A stretch of DNA of 50,316 nucleotides from Candidatus Promineifilaceae bacterium (GTDB lineage Bacteria > Chloroflexota > Anaerolineae > Promineifilales > Promineifilaceae), in assembly GCA_050292445.1 (NCBI GenBank), contig JBNKLQ010000001.1, forward strand, positions 1 through 50,316, given 5' to 3'. A program made the translations under genes and the position numbers. Every line of letters begins with the position of its first letter. The stretch's first letter is position 1. The notes below the pieces were generated by a model. The model saw only the letters and a program-made list of their open reading frames with translations, was not told the origin of the DNA and made no database searches. Below are positions 17,899 through 28,526 of this stretch, in pieces.

Positions 17899-19418
17899 CA
17901 GGATAGTTTGGAATTAGCTACGTTGTCCAGCTGATGCAGTGCATTTTCCAATTGACGTTTGCGCGATTCAGCTTCATCAAACAGTAGGGCGTTGCTCACG
18001 GCAATAGCGATAGCGGCGGCCATGGCTCGGGCACGTTCTAAATCCACCTCGCCAAAGTCGCCATCTTTTTTGTTGAGCAGCTGCATGGCTCCCACCACGC
18101 GTCCGCGAAAGATGAGCGGGACGCAAAGCAGGGAGCGTGTTTCGAAGCCTGTTTTCTCATCTGCTTCCCGATAATGATGCTCGTAACTGGCGACGTCATT
18201 GGTATAAATTGGCTTGCCGCTTTGCACCACTTCACCCACAATGCCCTGGTCAAGATTCAGTTCTAATTTTTCCAGTTCTTCAACGGCCGTTCCCACGTTA
18301 GTTAACACGTGCAACATCTGGGTTTCTTCGTCCAGCAGCCACAGAGACGATGCTTCAATTTTCCAACTATCATGCACTTGCTGAATGGTGAGATGAATCA
18401 CTTCGTCCAAATCCAGAGATGAGGTAATGGTTTGGGTGATGTGGATAAGAGTATTTAACTCTTCTAATCGGGTTGCCAGGGCCTGATCGGCGGCCTGGAA
18501 AACGCGGGCATTTTCCAAGGCAATAGCGGCATAGTCGGCCAAAAAGGAGAGCAAAAACTCATCTTGTTTGCTAAAGGCGCGGTAAGTGGAGCGATTACTG
18601 ACGCCTAAAACACCCAGATTGATGCCGCGTAGCTGCAAGGGCACATACAAAACTGCGTGGGCAAAACAGCCTGTTTTAATTTTTATCCCTTGCCCAGACA
18701 TGTTTGACTGGCGCAACGCCCGTCCTGATTGCATTACTTCTCCGGGTGGGGAATCTGCTATAGGCAGGGTATGGTTTTTGTTTTCTCTTTCTCTTTGCAG
18801 ATGGGTTTGGCGGTCATACGGCCGTAAAAATCTCCCCTCATCATCTGGTAGCCAAATGGTGCTTTCTTCTGCGTTGGTCAGATAAGTGGCTGCTTCCAAA
18901 ACGCGCTGCAAAACTTCATCCACGCTCAGTAAAGAAGTAATCGCTTTCCCAATGTTGGAGAGAGTACGCATCTCGTTGTTTTGACGGCTCATCTCTACTT
19001 TTAGGCGGCGGATTTCTTCTGCCAGCTCGGCCTTGTCGTGCAGCAAGCGCGTTTCTAGCAGCGCGCGGTCAATGGTTTCTACAATTTCATCCACGGTAAA
19101 TGGCTTGATGAGGTAATCTTTGGCTCCAAGCCGAAAGGCTTCAATGGCGCTCAATTCAGAACCATACCCCGTCATCAACACCACAGGGGTGTTTAACGAT
19201 TCCTGAGCCATCTGTTGCAGCACATCCAGTCCGGTCATTTCGGGCAAATTAAAATCTAGCATGACCAGATCCGGCTCGTTTTCGCGAATGCTTTCCAGAC
19301 CAGATTGACCATCATAGGCATACATGGTGTGGTAGCCAAAGGAAGGCAGAACTGTTTCAGTTAGATGTTTTACTATTTCTCGACTGTCGTCGATGATAAG
19401 AATGAACTCACCGCTCAT
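17898..19418 (-). CDS. Response regulator receiver fused to two GAF-like domains
   Basis: Receiver motifs [22 protein letters not shown] and KPF, then a coiled coil. Two GAF-like segments follow ([23 protein letters not shown]). Confidence 0.85.
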   Translation of the reverse strand: MSGEFILIIDDSREIVKHLTETVLPSFGYHTMYAYDGQSGLESIRENEPDLVMLDFNLPEMTGLDVLQQMAQESLNTPVVLMTGYGSELSAIEAFRLGAKDYLIKPFTVDEIVETIDRALLETRLLHDKAELAEEIRRLKVEMSRQNNEMRTLSNIGKAITSLLSVDEVLQRVLEAATYLTNAEESTIWLPDDEGRFLRPYDRQTHLQRERENKNHTLPIADSPPGEVMQSGRALRQSNMSGQGIKIKTGCFAHAVLYVPLQLRGINLGVLGVSNRSTYRAFSKQDEFLLSFLADYAAIALENARVFQAADQALATRLEELNTLIHITQTITSSLDLDEVIHLTIQQVHDSWKIEASSLWLLDEETQMLHVLTNVGTAVEELEKLELNLDQGIVGEVVQSGKPIYTNDVASYEHHYREADEKTGFETRSLLCVPLIFRGRVVGAMQLLNKKDGDFGEVDLERARAMAAAIAIAVSNALLFDEAESRKRQLENALHQLDNVANSKLS

Positions 19419-19922
19419 AGGATTAGCTTCTTGAAATTCCTGAATTTTTGATACGGCCGTTTCTCCCCATCCCCATTAGTTTTAGCAGAATAATAAACGT
19501 AAGGTAGATGTTACCGTATCGGTTTACCGTAAGGTAAAAATCTTACACATGTTATTAAGTGCATCGCTTGAAGGTAAGATACAGACAGACCGTAAAAAGC
19601 CGTTTCACACTTCGTCGGATCGTGTCGTTTATCTGAATGTATTTTGGCTTACGTTCTTACAATAGACCGCTAGGCGACCGATCTATCTACAAACGACCAA
19701 GCGATTATAACATACCCGACTTTCCTATCACTACAAGCCTCCAGAGAAAAAAGATCAATAACTTTACGTAAAGCAAGGAACGTGCTATAGTTAGCATATT
19801 ATTGGTTATGTTAATGTAAAGGGCGGTTTTTAGGCAAAGCCTCCAAAACCAGCCCGCTCGTTTGTACTTAAGGCGCATACAGTGCAAAATGAGTTAACCG
19901 TCAGTTTTCTTGGAGGTATGAG

Positions 19923-20930
19923 ATGGTTTCCCAGCGGCGTTTATTTAATTTGTTAACGATGTTGATTTTGCTCAGCCTATTTGCTGTGGCCTGTGAACGG
20001 CCGCTTGGCGGCACAGATGATGGCACAACAGATGACCAAACTGGCCAGACTGAGGATGCCAATGCTGGCGGTGGTACGGATGGTAGTGTAGACACCACAA
20101 CCGATGGCGCTGTTGACACAACAACCACCGATAGCACAACTGAAACAACCACAGATGAGACCACTACCGAGACCACCGGTGATACGGCAACAGATGAGAC
20201 CGCTACCGACACCTCAGGTGAAACAGCTACCGACGAAAGTGGTGACACAACGGCTGAGGCTGGAGATGACAGTGAAGAGGCCGGTGGTGGTGTAGGTGAC
20301 GCAACGACCGATACTACTGATGATACGGCTACAGACACCACGGCTACTGATGAAAGCGCGGCTGAAGAAACCACTACAGAGGAGACGACAGCCGATGAAA
20401 CCAGTACCGACACAACTACCACGACAATTCCGGCAACACATACAGTTGCTGCTGGCGAAAACCTGTATCGGATTGGCCTCAAATATGGTATCTCCTGGGT
20501 AGCCATTGCGAATACCAACAATTTAGCCAACCCCAATATTTTGACCGTAGGCCAGGTTTTAAATCTGCCTGGTGGTTCAACGCCCAATCCCGGACCAACG
20601 CCATCACCGCAAACCGAAACAACCTACAAGGTGCAGCCTGGCGACAACTTGTTCCGGATTGGCCTGAAATTTGGCATTAGCTGGGTGCAAATTGCTGAAG
20701 CCAACGGCCTAGTAAACCCCAACGTGATCACCGTAGGCGACGATCTTAAAATCCCGGTAGATGCACCAGGGCCGGCACCCGCATTTTCCCATGTGGTTAA
20801 ACCGGGCGAAACACTCTTCCTCATTTCATTGCAGTATGGTGTGTCGTGGCCTTCTATTGCTGAGGCAAATAATTTGGCTTCACCCTACGTAATTTATGTG
20901 GGGCAGACGCTGGAGATTCCTGGCAAATAA
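19923..20930 (+). CDS. Secreted/lipoprotein LysM peptidoglycan-binding protein (three LysM domains) with a Thr/Asp/Glu-rich low-complexity region
   Basis: Signal with lipobox-like LFAVAC. Three LysM repeats: HTVAAGENLYRIGLKYGISW..., YKVQPGDNLFRIGLKFGISW... and HVVKPGETLFLISLQYGVSW... Confidence 0.88.
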   Translation: MVSQRRLFNLLTMLILLSLFAVACERPLGGTDDGTTDDQTGQTEDANAGGGTDGSVDTTTDGAVDTTTTDSTTETTTDETTTETTGDTATDETATDTSGETATDESGDTTAEAGDDSEEAGGGVGDATTDTTDDTATDTTATDESAAEETTTEETTADETSTDTTTTTIPATHTVAAGENLYRIGLKYGISWVAIANTNNLANPNILTVGQVLNLPGGSTPNPGPTPSPQTETTYKVQPGDNLFRIGLKFGISWVQIAEANGLVNPNVITVGDDLKIPVDAPGPAPAFSHVVKPGETLFLISLQYGVSWPSIAEANNLASPYVIYVGQTLEIPGK

Positions 20931-20963
20931 CAGTTTTTTTAGCTACCTACACTATTGAAAAGA

Positions 20964-20998
20964 AAAAGCACATTCAATCCTGAATGTGCTTTTTTTTT
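20964..20998. terminator. Bidirectional rho-independent terminator between convergent genes
   Basis: AAAAAGCACATTCA-atcc-TGAATGTGCTTTTTTTTT, with an A-run before and a T-run after. Confidence 0.8.
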
Positions 20999-21018
20999 AG
21001 GCTTATTGTGTTGGTGAC

Positions 21019-24000
21019 TTAACGCTTTTGTTTCACAGAAAGGGGCGTTACCGTGGCCAATGCCTCTAGCAATTCCTGAATACGCACAGGTTTGCTGATG
21101 TAATTATCCATACCTGCCATCAAATATTTTTCCCGATCGCCGATGAGTGCATTGGCCGTCATCGCGACAATAGCAGGCTGCTCTTCTGGGGGCCAGATAT
21201 CGCGAATTTGCTCTGTAGCCTCCACACCATCCATATAGGGCATTTGCACATCCATTAAAACAACGTCATATGGTTGACGCTGTAAGGATTCTAAGACTTC
21301 CAGCCCGTCACCGGCCACATCGGCCCGGTATCCCATACGTTCCAGAATGCGCAGAGCAACTTTTTGGTTGACGAGATTGTCTTCGGCCAGCAAGATGCGT
21401 AGCGGATGATTTTTGCCCATGTCGGGATTGATAGTTAATTTTTGAGGAAGCGGTATGTTGGAAACGGCCGTGTCCGACAATACGGCCGTCAACGTTTCAA
21501 ACAATGATTGTTGTTTTGCTGGCTTAGTCAAATAAGCCGAAAAATGGTTGGCTTCTTTATGCGCATCATGAGCGCCAATAGAACTGAGCATGACCAAAGG
21601 CAACGACTGCTTGTCACATAGTTTTCGTATCTCTGCGGCCAGCATCATGCCGTCCATTTCTGGCATTTGCATATCGAGGATGGCTAAATCAAATGAGTCC
21701 CCTTTTTCAAGAAGTGCCAACGCTTCTGCCCCAGAGAAAACGGCCGTAGGCACCATACCCCACGAAGCCGCCTGTTTTTGCAAAATCCTGCAGTTTGTCT
21801 GGTTATCATCAACAATCAACAGCTGCTTGCCTCTAAGCTGCGGCAGTGATTTTTGCATATAAACACGTCGCTGAGAAGCCACTGGCTGGGTGGCAATGGT
21901 AAAGTGGAACGTTGAGCCTTTTTCATATTCACTTTCAACCCAAATATGCCCGCCCATCATTTCTACCAGCTGCTTGCTAATCGCTAACCCCAGACCGGTG
22001 CCACCATGTTTACGCGTGGTTGAGGTGTCTACCTGGCTAAAGGATTTAAATAGTCTGTTTAGCCGCTTTGGCAAAATGCCAATGCCTGTATCTTTTACAG
22101 AAAAATGAAGGATGGTTTCACCGGTTGAGTCTTCTGGGCATTCCTCTTTGCGGCAAGAAACGGATAAAACCACCTCGCCAATATCCGTAAATTTAATGGC
22201 GTTGTTAAGCAAGTTTACCAAAATTTGCCGCACCCTGGTGACGTCACCGAGGATGTCATTAGGGACATCATCCTCAATAATGTAGGCTAGCTCCAGCCCT
22301 TTTTCTGCGGCTTTGGTTACCACCACATCCAGAGCTTCTTCCACACAGTCACGCACGCTAAACGGCCGTTGTTCCAACTCCAGTTTGCCCGCCTCAATTT
22401 TAGAAAAGTCGAGAATATCGTTGATCAAAGTGAGCAGCACTTCACTGCTGCTGCGAATGGTTTGGGCATACTCTTGCTGCTCCTGCGTCAGCGGTGAATC
22501 CAGCATCAGGCTGGTCATGCCCACAACGGCGTTTAGGGGTGTGCGGATTTCATGGCTCATGTTGGCCAAAAATTCAGACTTAAGGCGCGTGGTTTCTAAA
22601 GCCTGATCCCGCGCCTGGGCCAGCGCATTTTCAATCTCTTTCTGGGCTGACAAGTCAGTGACCACACAGATGGCACCATTTTTTACAATGTCATCGTTAC
22701 GGGGAACGGCCGTAATCAGCACACTAATCTGACTCCCATCTGCATGAACAAGTTTAAGCTCGCGCATGCTCTTTTGCACGTCACGTTCCGCCGGGGTTGG
22801 TCCCAAGATTTGCTCTTGTGCATCCAGCTTCACAAAATCCATCAGCGAACGGCCGAATAAATCTTGTTCATCATATCCCACCAGATTAGCAAAAGCCGAA
22901 TTGCAAAAATCAATGGTCCGGCCTGCGCGTAGCACCAACAGTCCTTGCCCCATGTTGTTCATAACCTGGCGCGCAAAATCTTGCTGTTTCTGTAACTTTT
23001 GTTCCGTTTGAATCCGCTGCAGCATTTGCCCAATGTGAGTAGCAACTTGCTCAATAAAATCAATATCATCTTGACTGAATTTCTTTGGCTGCACCGTGTC
23101 AAATACCAGTAACCCTTGAGATGGCTTGACCGTAGGTACAGGAACAAGCAAGGCAGAATGGTTATCAAACGCCTGCAAAATGTCCCAAACTTGCTCGAAT
23201 TGAGCAGCTTTTTGCACATTCGGGATGTACTTGACTGATTTTAGTTGCAGCAAGTTATCAATGGGTAAAATGTTAACTAGGGGAACAATCTGGTAATTAT
23301 CGTCCAGTAGCGCGGGGGCCAGATACTCACCAAGAATATCAGCCAGCATGGCATCTTTGTCCAGCAGTGTAAAGCTAATGCTGGGTAGTTCATAAAAAGT
23401 GGCTAATTTCCCACAAATTAATGTTAAAGCCTCATTTAGTTGATCAACACCGGGATTGATAGCCACAATTTGCCGCAGTAATTCTTCTTCTTGCAACTGC
23501 TGCCTTAGTTGCAGCTCAATAAGCTTGCGTTCTGTAATATCTTCCTTAATGGCTACAAATCTTGTAATCTGGCCATTATCATCTTTTACCGGGGTAACGG
23601 TCATTTGCTCATAATAAAATGACCCATCTTTTCTCTGGTTAATTATTTCTTCACAGTGCCATACTTCACCGGCTAAAATTGTTTGCCATAGCTCTTGGTA
23701 AACCAACTTGCTCGTTTGGCCAGAATTCAAGATTCTTGGGTTTTTTCCAAGAGCTTCCTCATACGAATAACCGGTTAGCTTTGTAAACGCGGGATTGACC
23801 CAGAGGATATCGCCTTCCTTGTCGGTTACAACAATGGCATTGGCAACCGATTCCAGAGCAGTGGCCTGTAGCCGCATCTGTTCTTCGGCCTGTTTCTGGC
23901 TGGTAATGTCTAAAATGGAAACAATTACTTGAGAAAATGTTTCTTCACAACCAGGGGAAACCGACCAGCGGAGGAGTACGTTTAATGTTTCATTCTCCAA

Positions 24001-24474
24001 GGTATGATGGATTCCCTCGGATTCAAAAGAAGTTTTTCCTGCCCCCATTGTGATTAGTTCTTCTTTAAATAAGGTATCTTCACGGCACATGTCCAAGGTG
24101 CCAAGCCCAAAAACTTTCCCCAAATTATTGAGAAGTTCTTTCTTGCTGGCAGCTTTGTATAAGTTTACTGCTGCTTGGTTGACATCTTTAACTCTGACAA
24201 AGCTGGTGCAGCGAAAAACATCCTGAGGGTTGGCATTGAAGTAGGCGCGGAAATCAGCTACCTCTTGTTGGCGAAGCTGATCAATAAATTGCTTTACCCT
24301 AGAAAAATCCACTTCCCAAAGCGAAACAGGTGATGCCTCAAACAACGCTTGGTATTTATCTTCGCTTTTTGTTGTTTTTGTGTGGGCAACGGCCGTTTCC
24401 CCATTCTTGTGGTTTTCAAGTTGGGCCTTCTGCGAACGTTCCTGCAGTGGTTCGGACATCGTTTTTTCTGGCAT
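21019..24474 (-). CDS. Hybrid sensor histidine kinase (PAS/PAC x several, GAF-like, HisKA, HATPase_c, two receiver domains)
   Basis: H-box FLANMSHEIRTPLNAV, N/G boxes NLLNNAIKFT and GGTGLGLAISKQLVEMMGG, and receiver motifs LIVDDNQTN and LLAEDNLVNQ. PAS segments include NPAFTKLTGYSYEEALGKNPRIL. Confidence 0.92.
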   Translation of the reverse strand: MPEKTMSEPLQERSQKAQLENHKNGETAVAHTKTTKSEDKYQALFEASPVSLWEVDFSRVKQFIDQLRQQEVADFRAYFNANPQDVFRCTSFVRVKDVNQAAVNLYKAASKKELLNNLGKVFGLGTLDMCREDTLFKEELITMGAGKTSFESEGIHHTLENETLNVLLRWSVSPGCEETFSQVIVSILDITSQKQAEEQMRLQATALESVANAIVVTDKEGDILWVNPAFTKLTGYSYEEALGKNPRILNSGQTSKLVYQELWQTILAGEVWHCEEIINQRKDGSFYYEQMTVTPVKDDNGQITRFVAIKEDITERKLIELQLRQQLQEEELLRQIVAINPGVDQLNEALTLICGKLATFYELPSISFTLLDKDAMLADILGEYLAPALLDDNYQIVPLVNILPIDNLLQLKSVKYIPNVQKAAQFEQVWDILQAFDNHSALLVPVPTVKPSQGLLVFDTVQPKKFSQDDIDFIEQVATHIGQMLQRIQTEQKLQKQQDFARQVMNNMGQGLLVLRAGRTIDFCNSAFANLVGYDEQDLFGRSLMDFVKLDAQEQILGPTPAERDVQKSMRELKLVHADGSQISVLITAVPRNDDIVKNGAICVVTDLSAQKEIENALAQARDQALETTRLKSEFLANMSHEIRTPLNAVVGMTSLMLDSPLTQEQQEYAQTIRSSSEVLLTLINDILDFSKIEAGKLELEQRPFSVRDCVEEALDVVVTKAAEKGLELAYIIEDDVPNDILGDVTRVRQILVNLLNNAIKFTDIGEVVLSVSCRKEECPEDSTGETILHFSVKDTGIGILPKRLNRLFKSFSQVDTSTTRKHGGTGLGLAISKQLVEMMGGHIWVESEYEKGSTFHFTIATQPVASQRRVYMQKSLPQLRGKQLLIVDDNQTNCRILQKQAASWGMVPTAVFSGAEALALLEKGDSFDLAILDMQMPEMDGMMLAAEIRKLCDKQSLPLVMLSSIGAHDAHKEANHFSAYLTKPAKQQSLFETLTAVLSDTAVSNIPLPQKLTINPDMGKNHPLRILLAEDNLVNQKVALRILERMGYRADVAGDGLEVLESLQRQPYDVVLMDVQMPYMDGVEATEQIRDIWPPEEQPAIVAMTANALIGDREKYLMAGMDNYISKPVRIQELLEALATVTPLSVKQKR

Positions 24475-24689
24475 GGTTGTTTGCTTAGGCTATTCTCGAT
24501 GGGTAAATGTAACCTATTTGCAACAATAACCATTTTAGCGGCAAGCGTAACAGGAATTCGATTCCACATAAGTACTACTGACTGGAAAAAGTATGCGACT
24601 TTATGCCTAATTTTGTCTTATTTGTGACAAAAGAAACGGGAATATTTTCCTGGCGGCAACAAAAAGCACTATGGGGAAACGCCGAATAA

Positions 24690-24730
24690 TTGATGCGTGA
24701 AGCGTGATTTTCTCACGTTTCACGCATCAA
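24690..24730. repeat. Hairpin repeat family 3, copy B
   Basis: TTGATGCGTGAAGCGTGA-ttttc-TCACGTTTCACGCATCAA, an 18-bp stem with one mismatch. It starts 1 nt after the stop of the ABC gene at 24732. Confidence 0.65.
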
Positions 24731-24731
24731 T

Positions 24732-26666
24732 TTAGTTTTGGCTGAAGTGCTCCCGGCTCTCTTCAGCATCTTGTGCCGCCCACTGCATGGTGTACAGGTT
24801 GTAGTAGCGGCCTTTTTGGGCCAACAGTTCTTCGTGGGTGCCTTGTTCAACGATACGGCCGTTATCCAGCACCACAATCTGATCTGCTCCCACAATGGTG
24901 CTCAACCGATGGGCAATGACAAAGCTGGTGCGTCCTTCCATCAGTCGGTCCAACGCTTGCTGGATTACCTTTTCCGTGGTGGTATCCACGCTGCTGGTGG
25001 CCTCATCCAGGATGAGAATACGCGGATCGGCCAGCAGGGCGCGGGCAAAAGAAATGATCTGCCGCTGCCCCACGCTCAGATTGACGCCGTTTTCGCCGAC
25101 TTCAGTCTGGTACCCTTCCGGCATTTTGCGAATAAAGTCATCAGCACCAACTGCCGTTGCAGCGGCAATCACTTCTTCCTGGGTAGCATCAAGACGGCCG
25201 TAGCGAATGTTGTCTTCAATTGTGCCCGTGAACAAAAACGTATCTTGCAGCACAATGCCCAGCTGGCTGCGCAAGCTCGCCTGCGTCACCTGGCTCACTT
25301 CATGCCCGTCAATCTGCAATGAGCCGCCGGTGATGTCAAAAAAACGAGAGATGAGCCGGATGATGGTGCTTTTACCTGCGCCCGTCTCGCCCACCAGAGC
25401 AATGCGCTGCCCCGGTTCGGCATTCAGGGTGATGCCTTGCAGAACCGGTACGCCATCCTGGTAGCTAAACTTCACATCCTTAAAGGCGACGTGTCCTTTA
25501 ACCGGGGGCAAATCAACTGCCCCCGGTGCGTCCAGCAAATCTGGCTTGGTATCAAGCAAATGGAACACGCGCTCGCTGGCGGCCATCGTCGCCTGGAACG
25601 TGTTGTACCGTTGCGCCAACTCGCGAATCGGGTCAAAAAAGCGGTTGATGTACAGTACAAAAGCGACCAGCGTTCCGGTGGTGAGGGCGTCGCCCAGTAC
25701 CAGCCAGCCACCGACGCCTACCACCAACGCGGTGGCCAGCGACCCCATGAAATCGACACCAGGGAAGAAGGTGGCCGTCAGGCGGCTGGCGGCGACGTTG
25801 GCATCAAAGAAGGAGTAGTTGAGATCGTCAAAATGCTGGCTGTTTTTCTTCTCGCGGATGAAGCTTTTGGTGACGCGAATGCCGGAAATGGATTCGTTTA
25901 AGTAGCCGTTGATGAGCGACAGTCGCTGCCGCGTAGCCCGGTAGGCGCCGCGCACCCGGACGCGCCAATAGTTGGTCAAGGCAGCCATCAGCGGCAGCAC
26001 AGCAAAGGTCACCAGTGCTAGCCGCCAGTTTAAAATCAGCATAGCGATCATGATGCCCGTCAGCGTAAAGAAGGAGCGGAACAGGCCGGTGATCGACCAG
26101 GTAATGAAATCTTGCAGCACGCCCACGTCGCTGATGAGGCGGCTCATCAGGCGGCCTACGCTGTAATTGTTGTGGAAGTTGAGCGACAGCGTGTGCAGAT
26201 GGCGGAACAATTCACTGCGGTAGTCGGCGACCACTTTGGTGCCGACGTACGCCATGATAGCAATGCGGAAGCGATTGGTGATCCATTCGCCCACGGCGGC
26301 AGCAATGAAGATCCCTGTCCACAACCGCAACGTGCTAAACGATCCGGCCCGAATACCGTCATCAATGGCCCGCCCCACGACGGTGGGTTGGGAGACGGCG
26401 AGTAGAGAACTGGTAACCATTAGCACAATGGCGACAATGAGCTTGGGCAGATACGGCCGCATATAGCCCAACAAGCGTCGCACGAGACGGCCGTCATACG
26501 CCTTGCCCAATAAATCATCGTCATCATCTTCTTTCAGCAAGGCGCGAATCCGCTCTTCACGATCTTGCCGTTCCTGTTCTTCGATGCCTATGCGGGGATC
26601 GAACTGTTTTTCTCGGGAACGGCCATTGCGGTTCTCATTTTTCTGTTGTTTTTGTTGATTACTCAT
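24732..26666 (-). CDS. ABC exporter, fused permease/ATPase half-transporter (MdlB/MsbA-like) with a charged N-terminal extension
   Basis: Six-TM region, Walker A GETGAGKST, signature LSVGQRQ and Walker B ILILDEATS. The ATG overlaps the upstream stop (ATGA). Confidence 0.92.
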   Translation of the reverse strand: MSNQQKQQKNENRNGRSREKQFDPRIGIEEQERQDREERIRALLKEDDDDDLLGKAYDGRLVRRLLGYMRPYLPKLIVAIVLMVTSSLLAVSQPTVVGRAIDDGIRAGSFSTLRLWTGIFIAAAVGEWITNRFRIAIMAYVGTKVVADYRSELFRHLHTLSLNFHNNYSVGRLMSRLISDVGVLQDFITWSITGLFRSFFTLTGIMIAMLILNWRLALVTFAVLPLMAALTNYWRVRVRGAYRATRQRLSLINGYLNESISGIRVTKSFIREKKNSQHFDDLNYSFFDANVAASRLTATFFPGVDFMGSLATALVVGVGGWLVLGDALTTGTLVAFVLYINRFFDPIRELAQRYNTFQATMAASERVFHLLDTKPDLLDAPGAVDLPPVKGHVAFKDVKFSYQDGVPVLQGITLNAEPGQRIALVGETGAGKSTIIRLISRFFDITGGSLQIDGHEVSQVTQASLRSQLGIVLQDTFLFTGTIEDNIRYGRLDATQEEVIAAATAVGADDFIRKMPEGYQTEVGENGVNLSVGQRQIISFARALLADPRILILDEATSSVDTTTEKVIQQALDRLMEGRTSFVIAHRLSTIVGADQIVVLDNGRIVEQGTHEELLAQKGRYYNLYTMQWAAQDAEESREHFSQN

Positions 26667-28441
26667 GAGGATTTTTCCTCCATTTCCGCTTCTAGAGCCA
26701 CAAACGCTTCCTGATCCTTCAGCTGTAAATCGTAAATTTCACGATATAAACCACCTTCATCCAGAAGTTCATCATGGGTGCCGCGCTGCACGATACGGCC
26801 GTGGTCTAGCACCAAAATCATATCCGCACTCTTTAGCGTCAGCAGCCGCTGGGCAATGACGAATGTCGTGCGACCTTCCATCAGCACCGCCAGCGCTTCC
26901 TGGATGAGATGCTCTGTTTCGGTATCGACACTGCTAGTGGAATCGTCCAAAATCAAAATGCTGGGGTCCGTCAGCAAAGCACGAGCAATGGCCACGCGCT
27001 GCTTTTGCCCGCCGCTCAGCGTCACGCCTCGTTCGCCCACGCGGGTATCGTATCCCTCCGGCATCTCGGAGATGAAGTCGTGGGCGCGGGCGGCTGTAGC
27101 CGCAGTGATAATTTCCTCCATGCTGGCGTTGGGACGGCCGTAAGCAATATTTTCGGCCACCGTCTGGCTAAACAAAAACGGATCTTGCAGCACAATGCCA
27201 ATTTGTTTCCGCAGCGACTGTACCTGCACACTGCGAATATCCACTCCATCCACCAAAATCTGGCCTGCCGTTGGGTCATAAAAACGAGGAATCAGATTGG
27301 TCACTGTCGATTTGCCCGAACCGGTGGGGCCAATCAAGGCAATCGTCTGGCCCGGTTCGGCGTGGAAGGAGATGTCGCTCAAAATTTTCAGGTCTTCCCG
27401 ATAGCCAAAATCAACCCCGTGGAACGTCACGGAACCATCTACACGATCTAGCCAAGTGGCATTTTCTCGCTCTTCAATTTCGCTGGGCGTGTCGATGATG
27501 TCAAAGACGCGCTTGGCGCTGGCTCCGGCCGTAGCTGCCAGATTCACTAAAAAGCCCAGCCGCTGCACCGGCGCACCCAGCATCAGCACGTAAGAGATAA
27601 GGGCAAACAGGGTACCGACGGTAATCTCCCCATCTAACGCTACTGGACCGCCAAACCAAAGCAGCAAAAAGATGGAGGTAGCTACCAGGAAGGTGAAAAA
27701 CGGCCAATTATCGGCCCAGGTGCGGATGAGTCCATAGCGGCGATCAAACCATTCGTCATTTTCCTCATCAAACTTGGCCAGTTCGTGCGGTTCGCGGGCA
27801 AACGCCTTCACCACGTTGATGCCCGTCATGCTTTCCTGCATGGTAGATGAGAGCACGCCCATTTGCTCCTGAATGAGCTTAAACATGGGGCGCACGGTGT
27901 TGCCAAAGCGAATGGTGGCAAACACCAGCAGCGGAATGGGAATCAGCCCCAGCAAAGAGAGCTGAACTGATTCCAACAGCATGGCGATAATAACGCCGAC
28001 CAGCAGCAGGATGGTGGAAATCAACCCCATCAAGCCAATGCCCACAAACCGCTCTGTTTCGGTGATGTCGCTGGTGGCCCGACTCATCAGGTCACCGGTA
28101 AGGGTGCGATCATGAAAGCTGAAGGGCAGGGCCTGCACGCTGTTGTAAAAATGATTGCGTAAGTCGTAGGAAACGCGATGGGTGAGCCACTCACCAAAGT
28201 AGAGCTGGCCAAAACCAGCCGCGCCGCGCACCACCGCGATGCCCAAAATGATGCCGCCAGCCACAAACAGTGCCCGTGGTTCGCCTGCGGTCAGTCCATT
28301 GTCAATAGCATCCTTGATAATTTGTGGCACGAATAAATTGAGCAGCGTGGCAAACAGCATAGAGAAATACGCGATAAATAGCTGTTTCCAATACGGTTTT
28401 AGGTAGCCAAGCAATCGCCTGTAGACTGCATCTTCCTTCAT
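26663..28441 (-). CDS. ABC exporter, fused permease/ATPase half-transporter (partner subunit)
   Basis: Walker A GPTGSGKST, signature LSGGQKQR and Walker B ILILDDSTS. The ATG at 28441 (MKEDAVYRR) is preceded by GGAGGA at 8 nt; the ORF opens at 28528. Confidence 0.92.
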   Translation of the reverse strand: MKEDAVYRRLLGYLKPYWKQLFIAYFSMLFATLLNLFVPQIIKDAIDNGLTAGEPRALFVAGGIILGIAVVRGAAGFGQLYFGEWLTHRVSYDLRNHFYNSVQALPFSFHDRTLTGDLMSRATSDITETERFVGIGLMGLISTILLLVGVIIAMLLESVQLSLLGLIPIPLLVFATIRFGNTVRPMFKLIQEQMGVLSSTMQESMTGINVVKAFAREPHELAKFDEENDEWFDRRYGLIRTWADNWPFFTFLVATSIFLLLWFGGPVALDGEITVGTLFALISYVLMLGAPVQRLGFLVNLAATAGASAKRVFDIIDTPSEIEERENATWLDRVDGSVTFHGVDFGYREDLKILSDISFHAEPGQTIALIGPTGSGKSTVTNLIPRFYDPTAGQILVDGVDIRSVQVQSLRKQIGIVLQDPFLFSQTVAENIAYGRPNASMEEIITAATAARAHDFISEMPEGYDTRVGERGVTLSGGQKQRVAIARALLTDPSILILDDSTSSVDTETEHLIQEALAVLMEGRTTFVIAQRLLTLKSADMILVLDHGRIVQRGTHDELLDEGGLYREIYDLQLKDQEAFVALEAEMEEKSS

Positions 28442-28526
28442 AAGGCATGTCCTCCAAGATAGTTCGTGAGGAAACGGCCGTTCCCCAAATCTTGTAATTG
28501 CTGGAAAACTGTAAGTTTTCCACACC

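Noticed and set aside
19901-20587. 228-aa Ser/Val-rich ORF on the minus strand
   Set aside because: It is the antisense reading of the Thr/Asp/Glu-rich low-complexity region of the LysM protein. The plus-strand gene has a signal peptide and three clear LysM domains.
24553-24565. tRNA T-arm-like sequence GGAATTCGATTCC
   Set aside because: The loop would be only 3 nt, and no acceptor, D or anticodon arms can be drawn around it. I found no tRNA anywhere in the window.
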